Assembly (NCBI RefSeq): GCF_006345805.1
Contig: NC_043001.1
Span: forward strand, 3,968,001 to 4,032,000
Origin: Octopus sinensis
Lineage: Eukaryota
Reading direction: 5' to 3'
DNA length: 64,000 nucleotides
Under the pieces are notes generated by a model. It was not told where the DNA came from. It did not search any database and saw only the letters and a program-made list of their open reading frames with translations. Positions within the stretch are counted from its first letter, which is position 1. Each line of letters opens with the position of its first letter. This document shows, in pieces, positions 1 to 13,260 of the stretch. The position numbers were made by a program, and so were the translations under genes.

Positions 1-86
1 TTGGCGATGTTTTCCCTTGTATTATTCCGTTAGAAGTTTCCTCAATGCATGCTTGTAGTTCATATATGTATATATATATATATATA

Positions 87-133
<47 letters not shown>

Positions 134-1400
134 AAAAGAAGTAGGGGCCAAAAACCTTAAAGGGATGCTAAACATGCAAGTCCGCTGTTATAAAGAGTAT
201 ATAAAAAAACTATATATTCAGTATTGATATAAGTAATAAATAAATTATGAGTAAAGAAAAAGATATATAGTCATAGACGATCTTTTAATGCAATGTTGGT
301 ACAAATCGAATAAAGATTCTAGAAATTGTTTCCAAGCCAAATTAATTCGAAAATTAAACGATAAGAATTATCTTTTTCTGGTTTCTCGAGGTATGAATGA
401 AAGGAAATTATTTGGTTTTTGTCTTCGTGATATCGCAGGTAATGTTAGCGAGATCAATGCCAAGTCTGCCAATGTTATGGGTTCTTCAAATAGCCAGAGT
501 TATAGTTTGGATTCTAATATAAGTTTTGATAATAATGAGGGTGATAGGTTTTTGCTTAATAATGATTCAATTGTTGACGGATCAAGTAGGGGTAGAAATT
601 CTCTTTGTGATTGTAGAAACAAAGAAATTGTTTATTTCGAAATTTATGTAAAACGTAGAGAAGTTGTTTATCAAGCTACAGTAATTTCTGAGGTTCATAA
701 TTACTTTCATATTGGTTCTTTTGCTAATATATTAAGAATAGGTTTCGAATCATTACCATTCCTTTGGGAACAAAAATAGGGCTTCATCTACTAGTCTTAG
801 TAATTTCATCTGCAGTCATAAAGATAATTGAAAACCCTTCTTTATTGAATGGAACATTTTAGGGATGGCCCCGGTTTATAAGATTGGGAATAAATTCTTT
901 AATCTTTGTTGTGAGGAATTATTTTTGATTTTATTTTCTCGAAGCTGTTAAATTCTAAATCTGAAAGAGGTTTTTTCCTGTGTTCATAGGAATAAACGTG
1001 TTTAAAATTTTTAAATAAGGAGGTATTTTATGGGTGTTTTGTTTTCTTTTATTTTGAATAACCGGTTATTGAGAGTCTGATAATCACTGTTTCACCCTTT
1101 GTATTTACTATTTTAGTAGGTTCCTTTTTCTTTTGATTTTTCTTTTTGGTTTTCTACATTGCCAATATGTTTTGTCTTGTGTATTTTTAGGGGAATTCCT
1201 TCCGGTCTTATTTTTTAGATTTGATATATTTTTCTAGTTTAGTAAAACAGTATAAGTATTCTTTAGATTATAGGTTCCAAATTTATTCCTTAATCCTATG
1301 ATTTGGATAATTTATAGCTTTGTAAATTGTGCGGCAATTTTATAAAATTTTGTGTAATGTTTTCTTCATAGAATTTAGGAAGTAGTCTCAAACTTTCTAT
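1..1400 (-). mobile_element. Highly degenerate non-LTR retrotransposon RT-like remnant, interrupted by (TA)n at about 60-128
   Basis: The minus strand is A/C-rich as in LINE ORFs. Scattered RT-like words occur in plausible order: TGAIP, PIFVPKG, NLRNY.SLIN, then SNGIIQGKTSP (GxxQGxxSP-like) at 1-40. Many stops and frameshifts. Confidence 0.3.
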
Positions 1401-1514
1401 TTCACATCAGTAATTTAAACATTACCTGAAAGTTTCAAATATCATCATCATCATCATCGTGCTGTCACCCCCCCCCCCCCCAACAACAGCACCACCACTA
1501 CCACGAAACCTTAT

Positions 1515-1665
1515 AATGTTAGGTTTCAAATTCAGCAAGCTCTGGAAGTGGGGTTCAGTCGATTACATCTCCCTGAGAATTCAACTTGTCCTTATTCTAT
1601 CGAACTTGCAATAACTGAAGGCAAATTACACATTGGTAGGAATGCGAACTCAGAACTTAAAGACG
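1515..1665 (-). mobile_element. Degenerate SINE body fragment (family B)
   Basis: Reverse complement contains gttctgagttc, ttgcctt, gataga ataag and gatgtaatcgact, matching the family B copy at 24634-24859. Confidence 0.5.
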
Positions 1666-2527
1666 AACAAAAGGCCTCTAAACGTTTTGTCCCGACTGCT
1701 CACGGTTCTTCAAGTTCACCACCATATTATGTTCACATAATAGTAGACATCTATTAAATGGAGCGAGTTCAGAGGTGGCCAGAAAAGTTTTCAACGAAAG
1801 ACGCGTGAAATGAATGTGCAATTTCTATTTTCTCAAGCGAAGCTGTAATCTACGAAAAGTGAGACACGTTGTATTGAAGCATTTGCTTGAGGTTAACATA
1901 CAGCAATTAAGTACGTAGCGCAGTTTAAATCTCCCCTGAACTAATTTTACTTCAAAGAGCAACCAGTACCTAAGAAGGGCCTATTTCAATGGCAATAATA
2001 TTGAACTGTAAGCTGGTTGGGGAAAATAAGAAAAGAAAATGAGAAGATCAAGAGGAAAAAAAAAAAAAGAAAGATCGAAAATAAACATTTCAATTGGTTG
2101 CGTACAATTACTTGCAATTAGGACACTGGTAATTAACTGAAGCAAGTAGAAGAGCTATTGGCACAACAAAGACAAATAATAATGATAGTCATCACCATCT
2201 CGCTCCCCTCTCGTTACCATCATCGGCAGCATCAGCATCAGTGCAGAGAAAAACATTATCATCCGCATCAGCAACGTTTCAACGTGTATTTTCATTGCCG
2301 TTTATTAGTGCAGCTAACATTGGCGCACAAGTTGTATATTTACTAACACACACACGCAGAGCCACACACACATACGTACACGCACAGAGTGACGAACGCA
2401 CACATGTATCAAGATACAAATAATCATTTACATACGAACAGATATACGCGTATATGCGTATATGAATCGTACTATATATACATTCATATTATTGTATTGC
2501 TAAATTTGTGTGTTTATAAACACACAA

Positions 2528-2539
2528 ATCTCTCTCTCA

Positions 2540-2570
<31 letters not shown>

Positions 2571-2586
2571 GAGAGAGAGAGAGATT

Positions 2587-2634
<48 letters not shown>

Positions 2635-2705
2635 TAGATAGATAGATATAGATAGATAGATAGGTATATATAGAGAGAGAGACAGAAAGAAAGAAAAAGA
2701 GAGGT

Positions 2706-2741
<36 letters not shown>

Positions 2742-2760
2742 GTATATATATGTGTATATT
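2528..2760. repeat. Compound microsatellite (TC)n/(TA)n/(GA)n/(GATA)n/(CA)n
   Basis: Read directly from the sequence. Confidence 0.95.
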
Positions 2761-3569
2761 TGAATTTATCTACACACATAAGCACACATATTTACGCAGG
2801 GATACTGTTCTTAAGTAATGTGCTATTTCTACCGTATAGCTCTAATAATTTAGTTTTAGCTCTCCTCCTCCTCCACCTCCTCTTCGGAGTAAAACTTTAA
2901 ATCTAAAAGAAAAGAAAATACGGAAACGTTTGCTTAAATTGCTAGAGGATATTATCGTGGTTCTAACGGAGCCAAATGATCTCCTTCGTTGTTTAATAGT
3001 TGGTGTCAGAGAGAACATTAGTCTATAAGATTCCACCCTGTCGGGTACAGAGTCGGTATTTCGTATCACATTAATAGTATAGACATTCTTCTAATTTCTT
3101 TTATTTTTATTTTTATGAAAGAGTAGCATCTGTTACTCGTCCGTTGTCCTGTCGATACGGACTGCACTTCTCTTACTGATATATATTTCTTAAAGTATGA
3201 AGCAAAGTCTCATGTGCTTTTTTCAGTTAGAATCATCAAATGGTTTTCGTTAGTATTAAAGTCAGAATTTATTGTCAGCGTGTCATGTGTCTTTGCAAAA
3301 TAACGAATAGCAAGAAGGTCTACTAACGGTTCGTGAGTGTTGCTAAAATCGAGCAATAGACTAACTCGTCAAGCCGGAGTGGTATTCGTCTCTATTTTGG
3401 ATTAAAACACGAAAAATATAGGGAAAAATCTCGGGAATTCACGAAAAGGTTTCGTAATTTAAACGAGGGGCACTATACTTGGATGACATCATTTTAGTGA
3501 TAATCGCCCTTGAGGTTGACTTTTGGGGAAAAACTGTGTTGGATTGTGAATTTGTATTATATTATCACG

Positions 3570-3865
3570 TGATCAAGTGACCGACTAGACCATCAGAGGT
3601 TGTTACACATCGCTGGTCACAATGCGTTCGCATTGTTTTAGCCTTTGAATGACGCCACCCCGCTGGCTAAGCGAGCAGGCCAACAGAAGAAAGAGTGGGA
3701 GAAAGAGTGGTGAAAGAGTACATCAGGGATCACCACGCCCTGTCGGAGGCTCGTGGAGCTTTTAGGTGTTTTCGCTCAATAAACACACACAACGCCCGGT
3801 CTGGGAATCGAAACCACGATCCTCCGACCGCGAGTCCGCTGCCCTAACCACTGGGCCATTGCCAC
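3570..3865 (-). mobile_element. tRNA-derived SINE (family C head)
   Basis: Minus strand begins gcaaTGGCCCAGTGGttagggcagcggactcgcggtcggaggatcgtGGTTTCGATTCCcagaccggg, giving Pol III A and B boxes. The same head occurs at 18731. Confidence 0.8.
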
Positions 3866-3867
3866 GT

Positions 3868-3960
3868 ATTATATTATATTATATTATATTATATTATATT
3901 ATATTATATTATATTATATTATATTATATTATATTATATTATATTATATTATATTATATT
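3868..3960. repeat. (TATAT)n pentanucleotide microsatellite
   Basis: Read directly from the sequence. Confidence 0.95.
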
Positions 3961-4602
3961 GTGTGTATATGTGACGTTCGTATGTTTGTGTCCGGAGAGA
4001 GTTCATTAGGAGGGCCACGTATCTTCTGTGTGGAGTTCACGTGTTGTATATATTCAATGTTCACGCTCAAGAAAGGGGACTATTCTTCTAGGAATAGCGG
4101 CGTGCGTGTTGGTTCCTTTTTGATATGTCATGTGTGCAATATTGTGTATGCAAAGAGAGAAGGTTTCAACCCTAACTTTAAAGATGTTGTCTGTTGACTA
4201 TGATATTTAGCTTTATACTGATACAGAGCTGACATTTGTTACCTCATCACCTGTATTTTCTAGCTTTAGCAATAATGCTCTATGCTATCCAAGGCTTGCT
4301 TATCCCTCTTTCTTTCAATGAACATATCATATAGGATAGAGCTGTCGCATGGCATTCATTTTCATCCCTGAGACACTTTCGTGGATTCCAGAAATTTTTC
4401 CCGAAACTTTTCATGTTTTCATCCAAAATGGAGACAAATACAATTTCTTCATCGGCTTGAAAATTCTGAAGGTATTAAGATGTTCCTCGTAACATGAAAC
4501 CAATGGTGGCCTTAATACACAAATAAAGAAATTTTATCCAGCAATAAAGTGTTGAGCCCTCGTTCTCATTGTTCCACATTTTATATATATATATATATAT
4601 GA

Positions 4603-4813
4603 GAAAAAGCAACAAGAATGGGTTAAAATATCGGTACAATTGTTTCGTACGAGGACATCTTTAATAAGCTACAAAAAATGCCGTGAATATAGGTGGCTCG
4701 TACGAGTACGAGTACGAGCCATCTATATTCACTGCATCTTTTGTAGCTTATTAAAGATGCCCTCGTACGAAACAATTGTACCGATATTTTAACCCATTCT
4801 TGTTGCTTTTTTC
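4603..4813. repeat. About 210-bp near-perfect fold-back (inverted repeat) element lying between (TA)n tracts
   Basis: gaaaaagcaacaagaatgggttaaaatatcggtacaattgtttcgtacgagg... is mirrored by ...cctcgtacgaaacaattgtaccgatattttaacccattcttgttgcttttttc. The centre is ctcgtacgagtacgagtacgag. Confidence 0.9.
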
Positions 4814-4934
4814 CTATTTATAATCACCCCACTTGTCGTATGGTTAACACCATATAGATTTCCGGTTTATCCATGTTAAGGACCATATTCATGTGAATTC
4901 ATTAGAACTCACTTGAATCTCAATTACTTAAACC

Positions 4935-4971
<37 letters not shown>

Positions 4972-5317
4972 CCAAATTGAGGCAATGTAGCTGGTAAAAG
5001 CAAGGCTACATATGTTTCCTTGCCACCAAAACCCCGAAATTAATAACTACTCAGCGTGTGGTACTCTACTAGATACTGTTTCAAGCCTAAACATTTTCAT
5101 TAAATGAAGGTTGCATTGTCGCCAACGGTTCTCAAATTGAGTCGGCGCAGATGTTATTCAAAATAGATTTTTTTTCAGTTTATTTAACTTCGATATAGGA
5201 AAAACCTATAACCTTCTACATCAATGAAAATATCCCTGTTCTTGAAAGTTCTTTTGTATAACTTCTACGGATCGATCGAAGCTTACTAACTTGGATCTTA
5301 CAGTTACATATCATTAA

Positions 5318-5377
<60 letters not shown>

Positions 5378-5417
5378 GTGTGTGTGTGTGTATGTGTGTG
5401 TGTGTATGTATGTATAA

Positions 5418-5457
<40 letters not shown>

Positions 5458-6175
5458 ACACACACACACAAGATTGGTTTCGTTCACTGAATACTTTAAC
5501 CGACACCGAATTTGAAAGTGAATAAAATTAGACCATATACGTATAATCATACATCACCAGTGTTCCCGAATATTCTTCACCCAAAAAGAAAGACAAAATC
5601 TCTCAGAAATAAACGCCGCAAACGCAACGAAATGTTTTACATTAAAAGTGTTTAAACTGTGAGTCAACAAATTTTTAGGTCTCATTTGACACAGTATTAC
5701 ATTTCATCAGTGTTATCATTGCCAAGATAGTCTAAACTGCTTCAACGGCGGAGAAAAGAAAAAATACTACGTCAGTTTGCACTGTTATATCTCCATTATA
5801 ATCTGAAAGTTCGAAACCGTATTAAACCCAATCTACTCTGCTTTAAGAAGCACGAAGGAGTGTGAAAGACATACCTGGAAGCAATTTAAATTTATTACAT
5901 TATTCCCTTCAGAATTTTCAATTTATTCTCAATATTTGATGAGAATTTACGATTAAGAAGTCGAGTGGAGAGAAGGAAATTGCTTTCAGGCACATTTCTT
6001 TTTTACTTTATGAAAGAATATAGTTGAATAATGCGTGCAACGATTTAAATATTCTTGTTACTATTGTCATTTTTCTAGATAAACACTCTTAGTGTTTCCA
6101 AGGGCAAATCTCGTGATTCATGGACTTGCTTCGTTACGTATGCGTGTCTGTATGTGTATGTGTGCTTGCACATGC

Positions 6176-6179
<4 letters not shown>

Positions 6180-6215
<36 letters not shown>

Positions 6216-6221
6216 GAGTTA

Positions 6222-6266
<45 letters not shown>

Positions 6267-6398
6267 TGTATGTATGTATGCATGTATGTATATATTACAT
6301 ATATATATATATATATGCATATAAAGATATATATATACACACATATATATGTATATAAATATGTATGTATGTGTGTATATATATATGTATATATTTAC

Positions 6399-6463
<65 letters not shown>

Positions 6464-6530
6464 GTATTTGCGTATACATATATATATATAATATCTGGGT
6501 TGTGTGTGTGTGTATATGTGTGTGTCTTTG
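6180..6530. repeat. Long (TA)n/(TATG)n/(TG)n compound microsatellite; similar tracts at about 10550-10870, 17820-18145, 20420-21030, 21550-21940, 26750-27010, 39890-40160
   Basis: Read directly; these tracts generate the IYIYIY-type ORFs. Confidence 0.95.
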
Positions 6531-6817
6531 TGCGTGAATCATTTCTATTAATTTGTTCAAAAATGTTTTACCACCCTTAAATAAGTTAATGTTTGTATAT
6601 GGTTTACAGTTCGGAATACGCCATAACCGTTGCTTATAAAAGTTTGTATAGAAACGTTATATAGGCCGAAAAGGTTTTTTCCGATGGTACACATAAAGCA
6701 CTCTAATAAGTAACTATAGCCTGTCCATTGTGCATGCCCACTTGTTTGATACTCACCGTGGTTCGACCCAAACTGTGATGAGACGTTGTATTTGGTGCAC
6801 ATGGGTCGACTCTGAAA

Positions 6818-7815
6818 ATGGTGAACCAAAGAGAATATGGTTTTTTTTTTGAGAGACAAGAAAGCGACGGAAAGCTGCAGGAAGATATGCGCTGTGTACA
6901 GAGAGAGTATTGTTACGAAACGTGTCTGTCGGACTTTATTTTGAACACTTTGATCGGGAAACATTCAATTCCAGATGAAACTCACTCTGATCGGCGAACT
7001 GAGATTATCAGCGATATTAACCTCCGTTACGCGACAGCGATAATCACAGTGATTCCCTAAATACCCGCATCAAGTGTTGATCATTATGTACATCAACGGA
7101 GTTGTGTCAGAATTGCACATCATGTGAATTGAGCTAATCTCGGCCGAAAGATTGCCCTCTTGGATTTAGTACACAATCGTGAGGAAATTTATCCTCGTTG
7201 ATGAGAATTGTAAGAAGGAACGAATTTTAAGAGGGAATGAAAACCCTTTCGTCTACAATAATATGAAGTGCAAAGAATCATGAGGAAAGTTCGGCAAAGT
7301 ACAATAATCAATCTCTAAAGGAAGACTTCACCCGAAGAAGGCTATGCCGTGAGTTTGATGAAAATAAAAGGGTTTTGTCTTTTACGGTCTTCTTTCCACG
7401 GACAGGGCCATCAACGGATGATAAGGGTGACCAGCTGGAAAAATTAAACGCAGTAATCCACCAGAATCCGCACTAGCTAATCATAAGTCTATTGTCTGTC
7501 TTCACCACAATATCAGACGCCCACATCTTTGCCGACGTGGCACAGGTGACTGGGTTCTTGGCTGAAAAGTTTTTCCCGCATCTTCCTTATTTGATCCCAC
7601 CTTGGGCCTACAGATATCAACGTTTATCCTTCTTTATCGGTGTTTTTAAATTTGATGGCATTCACATAGCTTGAACTCTGAAGCGGATGTAAAACTTCAC
7701 CTCGTAATGGCTTTTGCCAGGAAAGACAAGAAATTCTTTCAGCCGAAATAATGGATCAGGCTACGAGATGACAGAAGATTCTGGAATGAAATGGTAATTA
7801 TATTACTGACTGAAT
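6818..7815 (+). pseudogene. Decayed mariner (DD34D) transposase
   Basis: Collinear mariner motifs across frameshifts: MVNQREY start; RKICAVY...VTKRVC...DETHSDR (HTH region); GNENPFVYNNMKCK (GDEKWxxYxN); SKGRLHPKKAM; LHHNIRRPH (FHHDNARPH); PHLPY...GPTDYQ (HPPYSPDLAPSDY). Many stops; no clear TIRs. Confidence 0.85.
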
Positions 7816-8860
7816 ATATCGCTCGGTGTTTAAAACTTCTTCTCGATTGTGCACTGAATTGAAGTGGGCAATCTTTTAGGTGAGATTAGTTCAGTCAACT
7901 GATGTGGAACACAAACGTAGAACATATTGACTTAGCTACGTTGATGCAGAAAATTTTCAACACTCGATACGTTATTTAGAGAATATCGGTGATTCTCGTG
8001 ATCGTATAACGGAAATTGGTGTCGCTTAGAATATTCAACGGACATTTTAGTCAAGCCAGTCACACCCCCAGAATGAGATAATATGACGCTGAGTTTGTAA
8101 ATTAGTTCAGAATATAAAACTGATATTACTTATATAATTGTTTTGTTGATCACTTTATCACTGGGTCACAATCGAACCCCACAATACAATATAGGTTGAA
8201 TATTATAGATTTTCTTTGGTAGTAAATGTTATACTAATACTTCAATATCAAATTTGTTACTAAAATTTGGTTGATGAAAAGTGGAAAACCAAGCATGTTA
8301 TACGTCAGCGGAACTATTTCCGAGTTTGGTTATCCTTCATCCGGTTTATCCCCACTACCGGATAACTTGGGTGTCTTTAGCAGAGGTCGAACTGAGTCAC
8401 GCATTCAGAAGGGTTATTCTACCGATCTGAGGCTAACATCTTTCGGAACATCACTTTCTAAGGCTGTGAATATCTGAAAAGAGGAATAGAGATGTTATGT
8501 TCCTTTCTCTGATTTAGTCATGAGAAAAATATCTATTGTTATGTAGGCTTGCAATTATATTATCTGATATCTATAAGATATTCATGGACGGAAAATGTTT
8601 GCAGTAATTCACAGAGAAAAAAAAACCTTATGTTTTTTTAAAGTTTTATCAAGAATACTTGATGGCTATGATGAGAGTGAGTTTTTTGCATTGCATAATA
8701 GGTTTTAGAAAATGAGGTGTATATATAAATTGCTTAAAGGATTAGAAAAAATAGGGAGAAGAAATTGCTCATGTGTAAAAACATGAATTAATACATGCAT
8801 GCACAATCTGCGCACACAAACATACTGACTCACGTATATACATATACATAATTGTATGTA

Positions 8861-8894
<34 letters not shown>

Positions 8895-10637
8895 AGAGAG
8901 AGAGAGAGACAGACAGAGAGATAGATACGTAGACAGATAGACAGAAACAGAGAGACACTGAGAGATATTGATAAATATAAATAGACGGATGGTTATATAC
9001 ATACACACACACCACACACACAAATACAGACACACACATACAAATATATATAGGGAGGGAGAGAGGTAGCCTTTTTTATGCGTAAATATAAGTTTAAAGT
9101 GACAGGCTAATTTCTCTCGAGTTGAAGGTAAAACGATTTTAAGCAGAATACTTCATATATTCTGACATGCACACAACTAAGGGCTTTTTATTTCATTTCT
9201 TATCTTTTTCGGCGCTGGTTTTTCTATGGGAAAATAATTCTTATTTAGGATCTATATTCATTTACTTTATGAAGTATCAAATTTTCCTATGGAAGCTTCT
9301 CTTTCGGACGCCCCTGGAAAAATATCTAGAATTTCAGACACATTTGAGAATTATGCTAACATTACAAAATGCCAGACGAAATTATTTTACAGGAGATTTG
9401 TAATCTGTCTTCTTCAAATATATTTATTATAGTTTGAGACGGATAGATTTGAATTCATTTCTAATTCATGGTTATCTTTATTTGCTTATAAGTGTTTGTA
9501 TATACGTTGCTATATTGATAAATGATATCAAAATGTTCTGTTTGTGTTTACTCAAGAATAAATGGCAACCTAAAAACAACAACCCTCTGTAGTCAATCTA
9601 AATATTACACATTTTCCTTTTCAGACTGGTTAGCAACATTTAAGAAGTCATCCTTAATCTGCTAATATATCTTCGCAGAAAATAGATTTACGCATTAGCA
9701 TTTTAACTGCTATTTAAACTTCATATTTGAAGGAGGATTTCAATGACTTAGACAAATCTCTGCTTTTAGAAAAGTCTTAAATATCTTAACCAATTTCGAT
9801 GTTAGTCATTTGAAATTCAAACAAGATAATGATAGCTAGCATTATCTAAATTGGAAGAAATATATCATTAGATTCTTCTGACTCATAGCACTGACTCATG
9901 TAGAAGTGTTGGCTATTTGTCTTTTACTATTAAAATATGGTGATTAAATGGGAACATGATGCTATCAAGCTTGTTTAGTTCCTGTTGATTGTATCGAATA
10001 CAAATAAATCCTCTTTAGTGAAATACACTATTCGTTTTAAAAATTCAACTTTTTCCTTCTGCGGAGTGTTACAGCCCATTATGTGTACAAGATTCATGAC
10101 TGCATATTTAGTGTACTGGCAATTGGGACACACAGGCATGTTGAGCCCTTTAAACCTTAACAGATTTAAGGGGCTCACCGATTAAGTTACGGAAGGTTAC
10201 CTAAGTAGATGACGTTTGATATTTTGGTGTGTTTTCCATAATAGCAGTTATCACAGAAAACTCCTGCTCTGAACAGAATTCTGAATCGTGTAGATTAGAA
10301 GCGAACCACACAGCTAAATATATATAGCTCCTGGCTTTAAGGTAATCACGCGAAGCCTAGTTGGAGGCCCAGACTTCGGAGTTCTTTTATTCTTTACAGG
10401 GCTTACAAAATTGGAGGACCGCTGCCATATATATTTAAATCTGTGAGGGGAATATTTTCGATATTATCATAATTAACTGATCGTCTTCCATTTTCTTTTA
10501 CCTAAAGTCAGGAGAGTTTCAGTAAACCCTCGTAGGCGCGCGTCCACCCACACAACACATACACACACATACACACACACACATATATAAGTATATATGA
10601 ACATGAATATTTATATATATTTTTGTGTGTGTCAATA

Positions 10638-10709
<72 letters not shown>

Positions 10710-10743
10710 GTGTGTATGTATATTATGTATGCTTCTATGTAAG

Positions 10744-10799
<56 letters not shown>

Positions 10800-10803
10800 T
10801 ATA

Positions 10804-10847
<44 letters not shown>

Positions 10848-10870
10848 TATATGTATGTATGTATATGTGG

Positions 10871-11250
10871 ATGTGTGGTAAGAAGCTTGCTTACCAACCA
10901 CATAGTTCCTGATTCAGTCCCACTGCGTGGCACCTAGTGTCTTCTACTATAGGTCGTGTCGACCAAAGCCTTATAAGTGGATCTGGTAGAGGAAAACTGA
11001 AAGAAGCCTGTCGTAGATATCGTATATATATATGTTTGTGTGTGTGCCTGTGAGTGTGTATATGTCCCGGCATCACAGGCAACCGATGCTAATATGTTTA
11101 TGTCACCGTAACTTAGCGGTTCGGGAAAAGAGACAGATAGAATAAGTACTAGCCTTACAAAGAATAAGTCCTTGGGGTGATTTGTTCGACTAAAGGCAGT
11201 ACCCTAGCATGGCCGCAGTCACATGACTGAAAGAAATAGAAGAATAATGG
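10871..11250 (+). mobile_element. tRNA-derived SINE family A (central microsatellite, LINE-like 3' tail)
   Basis: gtgtggtaagaagcttgcttaccaaccacat...ttcagtcccactgcgtggcac...gaaaactgaaagaagcc...(TG/TA)n...agcatggccgcagtc...tgactgaa. Other copies at 35545-35985 and 51005-51355. Confidence 0.85.
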
Positions 11251-11460
11251 AATATATATTTATACAATAGTATGAAGGACCTATTATTGCTGAAAGGATG
11301 CACCCTTGTCCTCTGGTTTATACCATTGTCCCGTGAAAACTAAATATATAAGTTTTGCAGTACTATATTTAGATATTTAAAATGTTTATGAATGAGAACA
11401 AGTAGAAAATGGAAAAATTGAGATGCGGACGTCAGTTACTTTGAAGATATTGAAATCAAT

Positions 11461-11617
11461 ATAATGAAATTCCAGTCCTACAGCCGTTTCCATATCCAAT
11501 TAGTTCAGTTACGGAAATTAAATTAAAATAGATTAAATTAATTTAATTTGATTTAATTTAATTCCTGCATTGAACTAATTGGATATGGAATCGGCTATAG
11601 GACAGGAATTTTATTAT
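11461..11617. repeat. About 157-bp imperfect palindrome with AT-rich centre
   Basis: ataatgaaattccagtcctacagccgtttccatatccaattagttca pairs with tgaactaattggatatggaatcggctataggacaggaattttattat. Confidence 0.85.
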
Positions 11618-12524
11618 ATGGATTTGAATATCCTCAATGAAACTGATGTCTTCTCGTCAATTTCTCTATTTTCTTCTTATATTTAAATATATCGTACTGC
11701 ATTTATAAAGACACGTAATTAGATAATGTGAGTTGTAGTATATTGCATGAGAATATTCCGTTTTACCGGCGTTGTTTAATCTCAGCTTATCTCTATTTAG
11801 GCTGTGTTTGTCTCCAATATCTTTGCAGCCATGACATTTTATCTGTTGTTGGCAGAAATACATCTGGAGCAACAATATTTACTTTGCCTTTCATTTTCTA
11901 AGACGAGAGCGAGCAGCTTAGTGACAATTGGATTGCTACTTAAGAGACACTTGAATGATTATTAGAGCTGTCTCTGATTTGCTGACGAGAGACCTTGTAG
12001 GGATATACACTTTATCGCTGATTCTGGAAGAATTAGTTTCGTCCATGAATCTTCAACTTACTCTAAAATTTCTCCTGAAACAGTTGCTAATTAACACCTT
12101 GAATAAAGACATAAACAGCGAGATTTCGGAAGAAAGTTGATCTGGAGACAAAGAACTATATATAAAGTTTAGTGTAGACTGGGAGATATTTAGATAAACA
12201 GCCGTATTGGTATTTGCTTGCGATCAACTTTCTACAAGGAATAAAATCTGTTATATTTGCGATATAAATGTGAGATAATACGAAATAAAGATAACAACTG
12301 GACGCCTAAAGTCGATTTCGATCATTCTAAGGCAAGCATAGATGAATCACTCAATCTGTTTCTTGAGTAAAGAGTGATAGAGTTATATAACACCTGTGAT
12401 TAGAGCAACAACATCCTTTAGAAAAACAGATCGCTAGATTACATTTTATAATTCCCAGAATATCACAATTACTATAGTTCTGTTTGATCACCGCTGACAT
12501 ATGGAGAAGTGTAAGCAAAAAGAA

Positions 12525-12527
12525 CAT

Positions 12528-12567
<40 letters not shown>

Positions 12568-12685
12568 GGGAGGAGAAGTTAATGTTGAAGAAGAAGCAGA
12601 AGAAGAAGAAGAAGAAGAAGAAGAAGAAGAAGAAGAAGAAGAAGAAGAAGAAGAAGAAGAAGAAGAAGAAGAAGAAGAAGGAGAG
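12525..12685. repeat. (GTA)n and (GAA)n microsatellites
   Basis: Read directly from the sequence. Confidence 0.95.
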
Positions 12686-13225
12686 CAAAAATAATTGACC
12701 AAAGTAGGTCCGCAGTGGGATGATGAGGGAGTGGGTGTATATCAAAGAGATTTTTCAAAACATTTTTCACTCACTGATGCCCAACTCACCCCCCATCATT
12801 TCGAAGACTGTGATCTTTAAAAAAAAAGGGACAAAACTCCCGAAAGAATTTTGCTCAAAGATTTCTTTATAATCGTAATCTATGCCGTTTGTAAGGCGAT
12901 TTGTATAAATTTTCATTAAAAGATACCGATTGTCCTGAAAGTTGTGAGGGATAAAAGATTGTGGGAATTTTCTGAAACTCCTCTCTCCACCCCCTCGGAA
13001 AAATTCTTTCCCATAAATTCCTCTATACACTGAAGTCACAACCCCTATGCGGTATTTATAGAAGATTTTTGATAAAAAGTATCCATTTTCTGGATGTTAC
13101 GAGGCAACACAATCAGTGGCGGGGGGGGGTATACATCTGTAGTAATTCCCCTTTATTGATGCGATTCTTTCATTCATTCTTTATTTCATTCATTGTTAGT
13201 AATGTTCTTTCGCTCCCGCTCTCTC

Positions 13226-13260
<35 letters not shown>

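Noticed and set aside
288-779. 163-aa plus-strand ORF as a gene or NUMT
   Set aside because: No recognisable motif; the T/G-rich strand bias makes stop-free frames likely; RT-like words are on the opposite strand; neighbouring frames stay closed under the invertebrate mitochondrial code.
8270-8520. Additional hammerhead candidates (here, and CTGATGA at about 22320 and 33115)
   Set aside because: The core is incomplete: no correctly spaced GAAA or pairing helices.
9975-10190. ORFs and a 36-bp hairpin (tgagccctttaaa...tttaaggggctca)
   Set aside because: No convincing transposase motif, and the hairpin is short and isolated.
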